In this document: positions 1 through 9,813 of the stretch, piece by piece
Numbering within the stretch: position 1 is the first letter of the stretch
Layout of the letters: each line of letters starts with the position of its first letter
Source of the DNA: Acidiferrobacteraceae bacterium
GTDB lineage: Bacteria > Pseudomonadota > Gammaproteobacteria > HyVt-429
Assembly (NCBI GenBank): GCA_011052015.1
Contig: DRJZ01000142.1
Location: 1 to 53,415 of the forward strand
Reading direction: 5' to 3'
Length of the DNA: 53,415 nucleotides
Position numbers and translations under genes: made by a program
The notes under the pieces: model-generated
Database searches by the model: none
Told to the model about the DNA's origin: nothing
The model's input: only the letters and a program-made list of their open reading frames with translations

Positions 1-57
1 CAGGTGACAAATTTCTAAGTCATTGATTTATATGCTAGCTTAGAATCTTGTCACTTG
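1..57. repeat. Imperfect inverted repeat (possible palindromic element) at window edge
   Basis: CAGGTGACAAATTTCTAAGT (1-20) versus GCTTAGAATCTTGTCACTTG (38-57), whose reverse complement is CAAGTGACAAGATTCTAAGC. Confidence 0.5.
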
Positions 58-316
58 TAGATCTGCGGCCGCGCAGCGGCATAAGAAACTCTGTAGTAAA
101 AAATGCTGTACGGAGCACCCTGATGTTAATTATACAGACAGTGCATTCCTACGATGTAAGAAGTGCCAATTAGGAAGCGCTCAGTTTTTCAGTAAACCAT
201 TGATATTTAGGGCAAGGAATGCCCAATAAGAAATCACCATTGCAACTGTTGGGTTTATTCAACCTTGGCGGTTGAGTGTATTATCCAGGGGTTCCCTAAT
301 GATGGGGTTGATTGGC

Positions 317-1483
317 CTATACATCCTGAGCGAGGCGCAGGCCCGCGAAGATATGGCGCTTATCTGGGGAATAAAAATTTCGAAAACTGGTTCGTTTGAT
401 CATCGCTTCTGTGTGATGACTGCCGCCGCGTAAGCTGAAGTGTTGATCATCGAACCATGTGGATGAATAACGCTCATAGGGAAAGGATCTATAGCCAGGG
501 TAGGGGTAAAACGTATTTTCACACCATTCCCAGGATTCACCTGTGCTGGCGGCGATGTCGCTATTTGTGAGCATAGTGTGTTCCCATTCCTGTTCGTGGG
601 GTAGGCGGCATCCAGCGTAGCGGGCAAAGGCCCCGGCTTCAAAACGGTTTATGCCCATCACCGCTGATTCGGCATTAATATCTCTCGGACCGCCTGGTTC
701 AACCGCATGCCATGCGCCCTCTTTGTTTTGGCGCCAGTGATCAGGGCCGTTGGCGCCGGTAGCTTGTTGCCACCGCCAGCCTCTATCGTCCCAATAACGC
801 TTTTCTTGATAACCATTGGCCTCAATGAACCCCAAAAACTCCCCATTGGAAACCGGTTTGGCGGCGATCCTAAAGGGATTGAGCCCAACGGGGTGACGGG
901 GCAGTTCATTGTCAAATGCTTCCGCGCCGTCACTGTGACCTAGATGTATCAGGTCACCGCTCAGATGTATCTGTGGCATGGCCGGAGATCTCGCTTGCAG
1001 GGGGTGGGCCACCTCATAGTGATTATGGGGTTCACTCAGAATTTGTTGTTGTAGCACCATGCGCATGGTTTCCAGATGTTGGGCATGGTGCTGCGCTAAA
1101 AAATGCAGCACATAGTGATCACGTAACAGTAGATGAGGGTCATGGGACTCAATAAGCGCGGCGAGCCTTGCGCAATTTTGTGTAAAAAGATTCCGAGCCC
1201 AATGTTCGAAACCGGTTTGGGCCTTAAGGATTCTACCGCGTTCTTTTTTTGGGCTGTGCTCGGGCAGGTAAAACTTATGCAGGTGGGCGGTTTCACGATC
1301 ATCCCCCTGTATTACCTCACGGATCCAGTAGGTTTCAAGAAATGCCATGTGACCCAGATGCCAGGATAATGGGCTCAGGTCTATATGGTATTGATGATGG
1401 TGGCTGTCGTGGGGTGCGGCGCTAAACAGGGCCAGGCCTTGCTCCTGGGTGTATCGTAGTGCGTTAGTGGGTTCGGCGGTCAT
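317..1483 (-). CDS. egtB: EgtB-family non-heme iron sulfoxide synthase (DinB_2 + FGE-sulfatase domains), ergothioneine biosynthesis
   Basis: SPLSWHLGH and QHHAQH iron-ligand motifs, FDNE, RLPHEQEWE, PYPGY...YERYS, LRGGS...RNFY...IFAGLRLA; next to egtC and egtD. Confidence 0.85.
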   Translation of the reverse strand: MTAEPTNALRYTQEQGLALFSAAPHDSHHHQYHIDLSPLSWHLGHMAFLETYWIREVIQGDDRETAHLHKFYLPEHSPKKERGRILKAQTGFEHWARNLFTQNCARLAALIESHDPHLLLRDHYVLHFLAQHHAQHLETMRMVLQQQILSEPHNHYEVAHPLQARSPAMPQIHLSGDLIHLGHSDGAEAFDNELPRHPVGLNPFRIAAKPVSNGEFLGFIEANGYQEKRYWDDRGWRWQQATGANGPDHWRQNKEGAWHAVEPGGPRDINAESAVMGINRFEAGAFARYAGCRLPHEQEWEHTMLTNSDIAASTGESWEWCENTFYPYPGYRSFPYERYSSTWFDDQHFSLRGGSHHTEAMIKRTSFRNFYSPDKRHIFAGLRLAQDV

Positions 1484-2259
1484 AGACTTTGGCTGCGGTA
1501 GGACCCATCAGCATCAATCACTAAAAGACTGTGTTCGGTTATGGCCTGCCAACTTTTGGCGTGGGTCGTCGCTTCTGAGGCAATCAATATCCCTCCGGGG
1601 TAGCGGGGCTCATCAGTATTGATATATAAGCTTGGGCACTGTCCATTAATGGCGTGGCGAATAGCGATAATTTGTTGACCATCGCTAATGATCATATTCA
1701 GTAAGGTTTTGGTCTGATCTGCCCACTCCTGAACTTTGTTGCAGGTTTGAATGGCCGCCTGTTCTAAGCTGATGTCGTTATTGCGATTAAGGATGTGGCG
1801 GAGCAGAGCAAACAGATACTCTGAATCGGTGTTACCCGTAATCCCAGCATCGATTTTTGGGTCTAGTTCTTGCCGAAACCGGCCGCGAAGAGATCCTGCA
1901 AAATAATCAATGAAGCCATTGTGCATAAAGAGCAGATTGCCATGTAAAAATGGCATCGTGTTGCTGGCAGATACCGAGAGTGGTTGGGTGGCGCTACGCA
2001 CATTTGCCAGCCATAAGCTTGAATATAAACTCCGTCCCAGAGATTCAAGATTGACATCGCTCCAGATTGGCATTGGATTGACGTAGGTGTTGGCCACCCG
2101 TTGGCCTGAATACCAACCGAAACCATAGCCATCCGCATTGATGATCGCCCCACGCATTTCTTTTGGCGCCCAGGATTGTTCCATCAGGCCGTGGTCAGGG
2201 CTGAGTAGAAAATGCTCCAGGCTGACTTGTGGCCCCAAGTAGGCCGCTAACCTGCACAT
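1480..2259 (-). CDS. egtC: EgtC, class II (Ntn) glutamine amidotransferase/amidohydrolase
   Basis: Start re-called at ATG 2259 to give the Ntn N-terminus MCRLAAYLG; NADGYGFGWY, VRSAT, HNG, TDSE motifs; 4-bp overlap with egtB. Confidence 0.88.
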   Translation of the reverse strand: MCRLAAYLGPQVSLEHFLLSPDHGLMEQSWAPKEMRGAIINADGYGFGWYSGQRVANTYVNPMPIWSDVNLESLGRSLYSSLWLANVRSATQPLSVSASNTMPFLHGNLLFMHNGFIDYFAGSLRGRFRQELDPKIDAGITGNTDSEYLFALLRHILNRNNDISLEQAAIQTCNKVQEWADQTKTLLNMIISDGQQIIAIRHAINGQCPSLYINTDEPRYPGGILIASEATTHAKSWQAITEHSLLVIDADGSYRSQSL

Positions 2260-2414
2260 GGAAAGTAGTCTCCTTTGAAAACCATTTATTTTGAGGTGTC
2301 TAGTGTGCAGAAGCGGTGGTGCCACGTCCACCAATACGTTAAAGTGGTCCAGTCGTGTGGCGCCTGTTCTTGTCACCGCATCCACACATACCTATAAAAA
2401 ACAGGGAATTACAC

Positions 2415-3422
2415 ATGCTGTTGAGTCCGTTACCTGCCAAGCTGGATGACAGGGTGTTCATTCGCCGAATTGACGATGCCGATAACCCCCAGTCGGCAGT
2501 TTTGGCCAATGATGTCCGATTGGGCCTATGTGCCAACCCAAAGACCCTGCCACCAAAATATTTCTATGATGAACGGGGTTCGCAACTATTTGAAAATATC
2601 TGTACCACTGCTGAGTATTATCCCACCCGTACGGAAGATGCCCTGCTTAAAAAGTTTGCCAATCAAATTATTCAAATTGTACAGCCCGATTCCATTGTGG
2701 AATTGGGCAGCGGGTCGTCTCGAAAAACCGCCCATATATTTTCGGCTTGTTCAGAGCAGGGTTGTCATAGCCGTTATCAACCTGTAGACGTCTGTGCCGA
2801 GATTCTGGTGGAGTCGGCCAAGCGTCTTATCGGCCAACATGGCTGGTTGCATGTGGATGCCTGCGTGGGTGATTACTGTCAGGCCTTATCCAATCTGCCT
2901 GCTTCAAATGGCCATCGCCTGTTTCTTTTTTTCGGCGGCACCATTGGCAATTTTAAGCACGATGATGCACTGGCTTTTTTGCGGGATTTACGAGTGGCCA
3001 TGAGACCCGATGACTGGTTTTTGTTGGGTGCGGACCGCGTGAAAGACGTCGATGTGTTGAATGCGGCCTATAACGATGCCGATGGTCACACTGCGGCCTT
3101 TAATCTCAATGTGCTTGAGGTCATCAATCGTGAGTTAGGTGGAGACTTTGACGCGGATTTGTTTGTACATTCCGCATTTTACAATCGAGACAAGTCACGC
3201 ATTGAAATGCACTTGCGGGCGCGGAAAGGCCATACCGTTAACATCAGGGGAATCGGCATAAAAGTCAATTTTCGCAAACACGAAACCATACTCACCGAGA
3301 TCAGCCGTAAATTTACTCCCCAGAGCCTGACAAAGTTACTTACTACGGCGGATTTTACTGTCCACAATCATTTTGTCCCCGAAAATGGATATTATTCCCT
3401 GATGTTGGTTCGTCCCCAGTAG
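2415..3422 (+). CDS. egtD: L-histidine N-alpha-trimethyltransferase EgtD
   Basis: KTLPPKYFYDERGSQLFE, EYYPTRTE, ELGSGSSRKT, GTIGNF, AYND, TEISRKF; probable start ATG 2415 after AGGGA. Confidence 0.92.
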   Translation: MLLSPLPAKLDDRVFIRRIDDADNPQSAVLANDVRLGLCANPKTLPPKYFYDERGSQLFENICTTAEYYPTRTEDALLKKFANQIIQIVQPDSIVELGSGSSRKTAHIFSACSEQGCHSRYQPVDVCAEILVESAKRLIGQHGWLHVDACVGDYCQALSNLPASNGHRLFLFFGGTIGNFKHDDALAFLRDLRVAMRPDDWFLLGADRVKDVDVLNAAYNDADGHTAAFNLNVLEVINRELGGDFDADLFVHSAFYNRDKSRIEMHLRARKGHTVNIRGIGIKVNFRKHETILTEISRKFTPQSLTKLLTTADFTVHNHFVPENGYYSLMLVRPQ

Positions 3423-3463
3423 GCTAATAACTTCGTTAGGGTGCATCAGTAAGTTTAAATATA

Positions 3464-3491
3464 TTGACATGTAACGCCAATCGGTTATGCT
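3464..3491 (+). promoter_or_regulatory. Putative sigma70 promoter for the ArsR gene
   Basis: TTGACA-N16-TATGCT upstream of ATG 3566. Confidence 0.4.
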
Positions 3492-3565
3492 TTCACCCTT
3501 AGGGCGGTTAGCCGCATTACCTTCAGGCAAGCCAGAAAGGGGCTATTGACTTCCGTCATGTCATC

Positions 3566-3922
3566 ATGAATTCAGAGTACGCAAAAGAATTACCGCCGAC
3601 CTGGGATAAATTTGCCCGTTTTTTCGCTGCCCTGGGTGACACCTACAGGCAGCAAATTGTGCTAATTTTTGAACCTAATGAAGAACTCTGCGTCAACGAG
3701 ATCGCCAATATGTTTTCTCTCAGTCGTCCGGCCATTTCTCATCACCTGAAGGTGTTACGTGATGCTCAGTTACTGGTATGCGAGAAGCGGGGCAAGGAAG
3801 TGTATTATAGCGTGAATTATTCTTACTGTGCCGATGTGCTCAAATCAGTGCATGAGTATGTGTTAGAAAAGGCCTATATCCCCACCGACAACCCGCAAAG
3901 CGTTGATCGGGCAATCGCCTAG
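3566..3922 (+). CDS. ArsR/SmtB family transcriptional regulator
   Basis: FAALGDTYRQQI...ELCVNEI...LSRPAISHHLKVLRDAQL...GKEVYY winged helix-turn-helix signature. Confidence 0.9.
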   Translation: MNSEYAKELPPTWDKFARFFAALGDTYRQQIVLIFEPNEELCVNEIANMFSLSRPAISHHLKVLRDAQLLVCEKRGKEVYYSVNYSYCADVLKSVHEYVLEKAYIPTDNPQSVDRAIA

Positions 3923-4052
3923 AGCGGTCAGCAAACCCTTGTCCGTAGGCGATTGTTTCCTCAGATCCAATTTATACCCTTTAGCTCTGAAAGTTCCGAT
4001 GAGGATGATTAGGGTTAGACCACCCCAAGCCTGACTCTGGATCGCGTTAGCC

Positions 4053-5609
4053 ATGTGCGAGGATCTTTGGTGTCTGATATCAAATGCCTTGCATAAGCGA
4101 CCGGCCCATGTTGCGTGGATATGCCGTTTGCTGGAGGGGAAGTGCCGACAGTACAGTTATCAACAGGTCTATGATTATGCGGTGGCCTTTGCAAGCCATT
4201 TACGTGAGCGCCAGGTGGCTCAGGGTGATGTCATCGGTATCCTCGCCGTCAATGGTCCGGAATGGGGTATTGCGGCATCGGCGGTATGGAAATTGGGCGG
4301 CGTTGTCGCGCCCTTGCATACAGGATTTAGTGATGACGAGTTGGTGAACGCCCTGAATGCGATCAATCCCAAGCTGGTGTTGGTACACGGGGTTGATCGT
4401 CTTGTTACCCATGGAATGGGTATTTTGTTAGACGACAATCCTGAGCGTATCGCAAGGGAGTCGAAATTGCAGGCTAAAATATCTGGCGCCCAAGAAGCGA
4501 TACGCAGCTACACCTCAGGGAGCAGTGGCCATCCAAAGATGGTGCGCCTCAGTCACAGCAATATCATTTCCAACGTCACCACTGCCTGTCAATGTGCCGA
4601 CATTACCGATCACGAGCGTTTTCTTTCCTTGCTACCTTTGTCCCATATGATGGAGGTGACGGGTGGATTTTTGTTACCACTGTATTCAGGTTCCACTATT
4701 GTGCTGCCACGGGTGTTGGCCTCAAAGGAAATACTGGACGCTATGGGCGACGAACGGGTTACCGCCATGATTGGAGTGCCACGCCTGTATCGGAATATTA
4801 TGCAAGGTTTGGAAAAGCGCTTCCGTCAGGCCGGGCCCTTGATGGTCTGGTATCGAGCATTGCTAAAAAAGTGCCCGCCGTGGTTGCGACGGCGAATCAA
4901 CTGGCCCATTCGGCGTAAATTGGGTGGCCGGGTCAACGCCTGGATCAGCGGAGGTTCGAGACTCGATCCTGAGATTGCACAATACTTTCGTGACCTCGGC
5001 CTGCCGCTTCGTCAAGGTTACGGCCTTACCGAGACCTCCCCGGTGATGTGTATACAAGATAACTTCGAACCGGTATTGGACAGCGTAGGCCGGCCTTTGG
5101 CAGGGGTGAAAGTCAAGATTGCCGATCGGGATGCCAGTGGCAGTGGTGAACTCTTGGTCAAAGGCCCCAATGTGATGATGGGCTATGTGGACCCGGAACA
5201 AACCCGCGAGGCACTGCGCGACGGCTGGTTTCGCACTGGAGACCTGGCACGGCTCGATGAAGCCGGTAATGTCATATTGACGGGCCGCTGTAAACGTCTA
5301 ATCGTGACCGAGGCGGGCAAAAATGTTTACCCAGAGGAGCTGGAGACGCTCCTGGAACGTATCCCGGGGGTGAAAGAGGCCGGTGTACTGGAGGTGGAGA
5401 TGCGACCAGCGGTGGTGATGGCCTTGGACGACGAAGATGCCACACCCGAAGCAGCCCGAGCCATACTTAAAGAATTTAATGCACGGGCCTCCAGCCATAA
5501 TCATGTGATCCGTTTTGCCTTGGTCGATGAATTACCACGCACACCCGTAGGCAAGGTAGCCTTTAACAGGCTTCCCGAGATCTTTGCCGATAGGGAGAAC
5601 AACGATTGA
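4053..5609 (+). CDS. Long-chain acyl-CoA synthetase / AMP-binding enzyme
   Basis: YTSGSSGHPK, QGYGLTETSP, GWFRTGDL, GKNVYPEELE, LPRTPVGK adenylation motifs. Confidence 0.88.
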   Translation: MCEDLWCLISNALHKRPAHVAWICRLLEGKCRQYSYQQVYDYAVAFASHLRERQVAQGDVIGILAVNGPEWGIAASAVWKLGGVVAPLHTGFSDDELVNALNAINPKLVLVHGVDRLVTHGMGILLDDNPERIARESKLQAKISGAQEAIRSYTSGSSGHPKMVRLSHSNIISNVTTACQCADITDHERFLSLLPLSHMMEVTGGFLLPLYSGSTIVLPRVLASKEILDAMGDERVTAMIGVPRLYRNIMQGLEKRFRQAGPLMVWYRALLKKCPPWLRRRINWPIRRKLGGRVNAWISGGSRLDPEIAQYFRDLGLPLRQGYGLTETSPVMCIQDNFEPVLDSVGRPLAGVKVKIADRDASGSGELLVKGPNVMMGYVDPEQTREALRDGWFRTGDLARLDEAGNVILTGRCKRLIVTEAGKNVYPEELETLLERIPGVKEAGVLEVEMRPAVVMALDDEDATPEAARAILKEFNARASSHNHVIRFALVDELPRTPVGKVAFNRLPEIFADRENND

Positions 5610-5664
5610 TTTTAAGCGACTTGGAGAGGGTGCTATATAGAAGTGCCCCTATGGGGCTGCCCTT

Positions 5665-6393
5665 TTGTTTAGGTCCATTGAAGGACTGCTAGCCATGGCC
5701 AGCACCCCGTGGGTGCTTTGGCTTCTCCTGAGTCTTGCAATTATTGCGTTTCTTGTCCTCGGTGGACGAAATTTGATTCGTGCTTGTGAGGCCGCCAACG
5801 AAGCAGATTGGGGGGGTAAGTGGCCTAACCGTTTAGATGGCCTGAATCGTATTTTTTGCCGTCGATTTCATCGTTTATTAACACGGAAAATAGCTCTACC
5901 CGCGACTGGCGGTGTGTTGGTGGCAGCCAACCATTGCTCGGGTCTGGATCCGTTGCTCTTGATTGCATCTTGCCAACGGCCGTTACGGTTCATGATTGCT
6001 CGTGAGCAATATGATCGTTGGTGGATTTATTGGTTGTTTAAGACACTGGGCATGATTCCTGTCGAACGCACCACTAATTCGCAGCGATCATTATATGTGG
6101 CGCGTGCGGCGGTGGAGGCCGGTGAGGTGATAGCGGTATTCCCACATGGTGGGATTCACAAGATTGGAGATCCTTTTCGTCCCAAGCGGGGAATAGCGGT
6201 GTTGGCAGGTATGACCGGCGCACCCATATATCCAATTCGAGTCAGCGGTATTCGTGCTCAGGGCTTTACTGTGTTCGCAGTGTTTATTCGTAGTCGTGCG
6301 AGAGTAGAGGGGGGGCCACCGTTGTATTGTAAATATGGTGAAGCCAAGGCCTGCTTGTTAAATTTAGCTGGCAGGCTTGAAGCTAAGGGCTGA
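5665..6393 (+). CDS. 1-acyl-sn-glycerol-3-phosphate (PlsC-type) acyltransferase
   Basis: NHCSGLD (HX4D) and VFPHG motifs, N-terminal TM helix; start may be ATG 5695. Confidence 0.82.
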   Translation: MFRSIEGLLAMASTPWVLWLLLSLAIIAFLVLGGRNLIRACEAANEADWGGKWPNRLDGLNRIFCRRFHRLLTRKIALPATGGVLVAANHCSGLDPLLLIASCQRPLRFMIAREQYDRWWIYWLFKTLGMIPVERTTNSQRSLYVARAAVEAGEVIAVFPHGGIHKIGDPFRPKRGIAVLAGMTGAPIYPIRVSGIRAQGFTVFAVFIRSRARVEGGPPLYCKYGEAKACLLNLAGRLEAKG

Positions 6394-6503
6394 ACTCATA
6401 TTGGAAAATATTGTCTACCGGGAGCAAGACTTGGTTTGCGGTGAGAGGCGGACGCAATAATCTTATTAAGAGTTGACTAAATAAAGGAAACCGAGGAGTC
6501 GCT

Positions 6504-8018
6504 ATGCCGGAGCATGTCATTTCAAGCCTTGAGGTGTTGGCCTACGTCTTTATATTTGTAATAGGGATGATTGTGGCTGTCATCGTGGTGCTCTATGCCA
6601 TAGATGTCGCGCAGACCGGCAATGCCATTCGCCGTAACTATCCTGTTATTGGCCGATTTCGTCACATCTTTGAGCGCCTGGGGGAGTTTTTTAGACAATA
6701 TTTCTTTGCCATGGACCGTGAGGAATTACCGTTTAATCGTGCTGAACGCAGTTGGGTCTATCGTGCCTCACAGAATATTGACAATATGGTGGCGTTTGGC
6801 AGCACCCGGGATCTGCGCCCAAGTGGCACGGTGATGTTTGTTAATTGCCCGTTTCCAACCCTGGAAGTTGATGCTTCTCTCGTTGAGCCCATGACCATCG
6901 GCGCGGATTGTGAACATCCCTTTAAGGCGCGTTCGCTGTTTAATATTTCGGCAATGAGTTTTGGCGCACTGTCGGTTCCTGCGGTGCGCGCTCTGTCCGA
7001 GGGCGCCGCTTTGGCGGGTTGTTGGATGAATACCGGAGAAGGCGGTCTGTCACCCTTTCATTTAGAAGGGGGGGCGGATTTAATTTTTCAGATCGGTACC
7101 GCGAAATACGGCGTTCGCGACGAGGCCGGTGAGCTGAGTGATGAAAAACTGCGTGAGGTAGCGGCCTATGAGCAGGTCAAGATGTTTGAGCTCAAGCTTA
7201 GCCAAGGCGCCAAACCGGGCAAGGGCGGTATCCTGCCCAAGGTCAAGGTTACACCGCTTATCGCCGGTATTCGCGGCATACCCCCTTACCAGGATTCTAT
7301 CAGCCCCAATCGCCATCCTGATATTAGTAGTATTGATGACCTATTGACGACGTTACATCGCATACGCTCGGTGACTGGAAAGCCTGTGGGCTTTAAGGTG
7401 GTGATCGGCGCCTACGGTTGGCTGGATGCCCTGTTTGCGACTATCAAGGAACGTGGTAGTGAGTGGGCCCCGGATTTTATTACCCTGGACAGCGCCGATG
7501 GTGGAAGCGGCGCAGCGCCTATGAGTCTGATTGACAATATGGGACTGCCTTTGCGGGAAACCTTGCCATTGTTGGTAGACAAGCTCGAAGAGTATGGCCT
7601 GCGTGACCGCATCAGGGTAATCGCCTCTGGTAAATTAGTGACGCCCACGGAGATGGCCTGGGCATTGTGCATGGGCGCGGACTTTATTAACTCAGCCCGT
7701 GGCTTTATGCTGGCTCTGGGTTGTATCCAGGCATTGCAATGCAATAAGGACACCTGCCCTACCGGAATTGCGACCCATAATCCCAAGTTGCAGCGTGGCC
7801 TGAATGTGAAGAGAAAGGCCATCCGTGTGCAGCACTATGTGGACAATATGGTCCACGAAGTTGGCGTGATTGCCCATTCCTGTGGGGTTCCAGAGCCGCG
7901 GCGCCTGGAGCGCTACCACGCACGCATCGTTACCGAGAATGGCCGTTCAGTCTCCCTGCATGAGCTTTATCCCACCGCCGATGGCGATGCGGCCGTGGCC
8001 AATGATCCTTTCACTTAA
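6504..8018 (+). CDS. FMN-binding glutamate synthase family protein (stand-alone GltB FMN domain)
   Basis: SAMSFGALS, NTGEGG, KLSQGAKPGKGG, GCIQALQCNKDTCPTGIATH [3Fe-4S] motif; GAGGAG RBS. Confidence 0.88.
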   Translation: MPEHVISSLEVLAYVFIFVIGMIVAVIVVLYAIDVAQTGNAIRRNYPVIGRFRHIFERLGEFFRQYFFAMDREELPFNRAERSWVYRASQNIDNMVAFGSTRDLRPSGTVMFVNCPFPTLEVDASLVEPMTIGADCEHPFKARSLFNISAMSFGALSVPAVRALSEGAALAGCWMNTGEGGLSPFHLEGGADLIFQIGTAKYGVRDEAGELSDEKLREVAAYEQVKMFELKLSQGAKPGKGGILPKVKVTPLIAGIRGIPPYQDSISPNRHPDISSIDDLLTTLHRIRSVTGKPVGFKVVIGAYGWLDALFATIKERGSEWAPDFITLDSADGGSGAAPMSLIDNMGLPLRETLPLLVDKLEEYGLRDRIRVIASGKLVTPTEMAWALCMGADFINSARGFMLALGCIQALQCNKDTCPTGIATHNPKLQRGLNVKRKAIRVQHYVDNMVHEVGVIAHSCGVPEPRRLERYHARIVTENGRSVSLHELYPTADGDAAVANDPFT

Positions 8019-8241
8019 GGAAATTCTGATCGATTTAACTTGAACCCCCATTTCCCTTGGTAATCCCCCACTAACGTACTAAAAGTGGCCCAAGCCTTGC
8101 TTGGTTATTATCTAAGTAACAATCAATCGTGCTCGGCATCGATCTTACCCCCAGACGCCCCTGGGTGTCTTTTGGGGTCCGGTGGCGGGTTAGCTGTGGC
8201 CTGCACGGAAGTGACAGCCACAAGGACCTACGGGGGTAGAC

Positions 8242-9666
8242 ATGACGGCAAATCCTGCACCACAAATTACGTTTAGAGAGAGTGTGGACCTGATGGTAGA
8301 CCGGGCCATCTCCATTATTGACCTGGACCCAGGCATCGCTGATGCTATCAAGGCCTGCAACTCGGTGCTGCAGATGCGTTTCCCCGTCAAGATAAAGGGC
8401 AAGCTGGAGATATTTACCGGTTGGCGCGCCGTTCACAGCACCCACCGCCTGCCCGCCAAGGGGGGTATTCGCTTTGCCACCGGGGTCAATCAGGACGAGG
8501 TGGAGGCACTGGCGGCATTGATGACTTTTAAGTGCGCCATCGTTGATGTGCCCTTTGGGGGCTCAAAAGGTGGCCTGATCATCGATCCGAACAAGTATGA
8601 TCGGGATGAAATGCAACAGATTACCCGGCGCTTTACTCTTGAGTTGGTGCGCAAGGGTTTCTTAAACCCTGCCACCAATGTGCCGGCGCCGGATATGGGT
8701 ACCGGACAGCGAGAGATGGCATGGATGGCGGATACCTACAAGCATCTACACCCAGAGGACATCAATTACTCTGCCTGTGTGACCGGTAAACCGGTGCACC
8801 ATGGGGGCATTCGCGGCCGCACCGAGGCCACCGGCCGTGGTGTACAGTACGCCCTGCGCGAGTATTTTCGCCACCCCGACGATGTCAGGGCCGCCAATCT
8901 GGAAGGAGGCCTGGGAGGTAAGCGTATCGTGGTCCAGGGCTTGGGCAATGTGGGTTATCACGCCGCTAAATTCCTGTCCGAAGATGACGGCTGCAAGATC
9001 ACCGCCATCATTGAGCGCGACGGCGCCCTGATCAATGAGGATGGCCTGCCGGTGGAAGACGTTTATCGCTATATCGTGGAGAACAAGACCATCAAGGGGT
9101 TCCCCGGTACCAGTTTTGTGGACGATGGCGCCAAAGTTCTGGAAATGGACTGCGATATCCTTATTCCCGCTGCCCTTGAAGCCCAGATCCACGAGGGCAA
9201 TGCCGATCGTATCCAGGCCCGCTTGATTGCCGAGGCCGCCAATGGTCCGGTCACCTATGGCGCCGATCAAAAGTTGCAACAGCGTGGCGTGGTCATTCTG
9301 CCCGACGCCTATGTCAATGCCGGTGGCGTCACCGTGTCTTATTTTGAATGGATACGGAATATCTCCCATATTCGTTTTGGCCGCATGCAGCGCCGCCAAG
9401 ACGAATTGCGAGGTCATCAGATTACCGCTATGTTGGAGGAACATACGGGTGTCCATGTCGACGAAAAGCTTAAGCAGAATCTAACCCGTGGGGCGGATGA
9501 GTTGGACCTGGTGCGGTCCGGTCTGGATGACACTATGCGCATGGCCTTCCAGGAGATGAGGGACCTGCGTATGAACGATGAGAAGGTCGATAGTTACCGT
9601 ACTGCTGCCTATGTCATCGCCATCAAAAAGATTGCGACGAGTTATATTGATATTGGGGTATATTAA
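8242..9666 (+). CDS. gdhA: Glutamate dehydrogenase (Glu/Leu/Phe/Val dehydrogenase family)
   Basis: KGGIRF, PFGGSKGG, PAPDMGT, ATGRGV, QGLGNVG, EAANGP, NAGGVTVSYFEW. Confidence 0.9.
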   Translation: MTANPAPQITFRESVDLMVDRAISIIDLDPGIADAIKACNSVLQMRFPVKIKGKLEIFTGWRAVHSTHRLPAKGGIRFATGVNQDEVEALAALMTFKCAIVDVPFGGSKGGLIIDPNKYDRDEMQQITRRFTLELVRKGFLNPATNVPAPDMGTGQREMAWMADTYKHLHPEDINYSACVTGKPVHHGGIRGRTEATGRGVQYALREYFRHPDDVRAANLEGGLGGKRIVVQGLGNVGYHAAKFLSEDDGCKITAIIERDGALINEDGLPVEDVYRYIVENKTIKGFPGTSFVDDGAKVLEMDCDILIPAALEAQIHEGNADRIQARLIAEAANGPVTYGADQKLQQRGVVILPDAYVNAGGVTVSYFEWIRNISHIRFGRMQRRQDELRGHQITAMLEEHTGVHVDEKLKQNLTRGADELDLVRSGLDDTMRMAFQEMRDLRMNDEKVDSYRTAAYVIAIKKIATSYIDIGVY

Positions 9667-9747
9667 AAGAACAGGTACGAGGTACGAATTCTAAGATACA
9701 AGTTTGAAAAACTTGTAAGATATTCGAGTTAGGTCAATTGAATTTTG

Positions 9748-9775
9748 CTTGATTCTTAGGGTTGTGTCCCCATCT
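9748..9775 (+). promoter_or_regulatory. Putative sigma32 (RpoH) promoter of clpB
   Basis: CTTGAT-N14-CCCCATCT, close to the CTTGAA-N13/15-CCCCATNT consensus, upstream of a heat-shock gene. Confidence 0.7.
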
Positions 9776-9813
9776 TATAGGTCAGTACAAGATAGCCTTG
9801 GGAGTAACCCACT

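Noticed and set aside
317-1483. Selenoneine (SenA) or ovothiol (OvoA) synthase
   Set aside because: No senB/selD neighbours and no C-terminal methyltransferase domain; the egtC and egtD context fits ergothioneine
8746-9456. Long antisense ORFs (236 aa here; also 10950-11564, 35619-36254, 46077-46640, 50431-50952)
   Set aside because: Shadows of well-supported genes on the opposite strand, with no recognisable motifs
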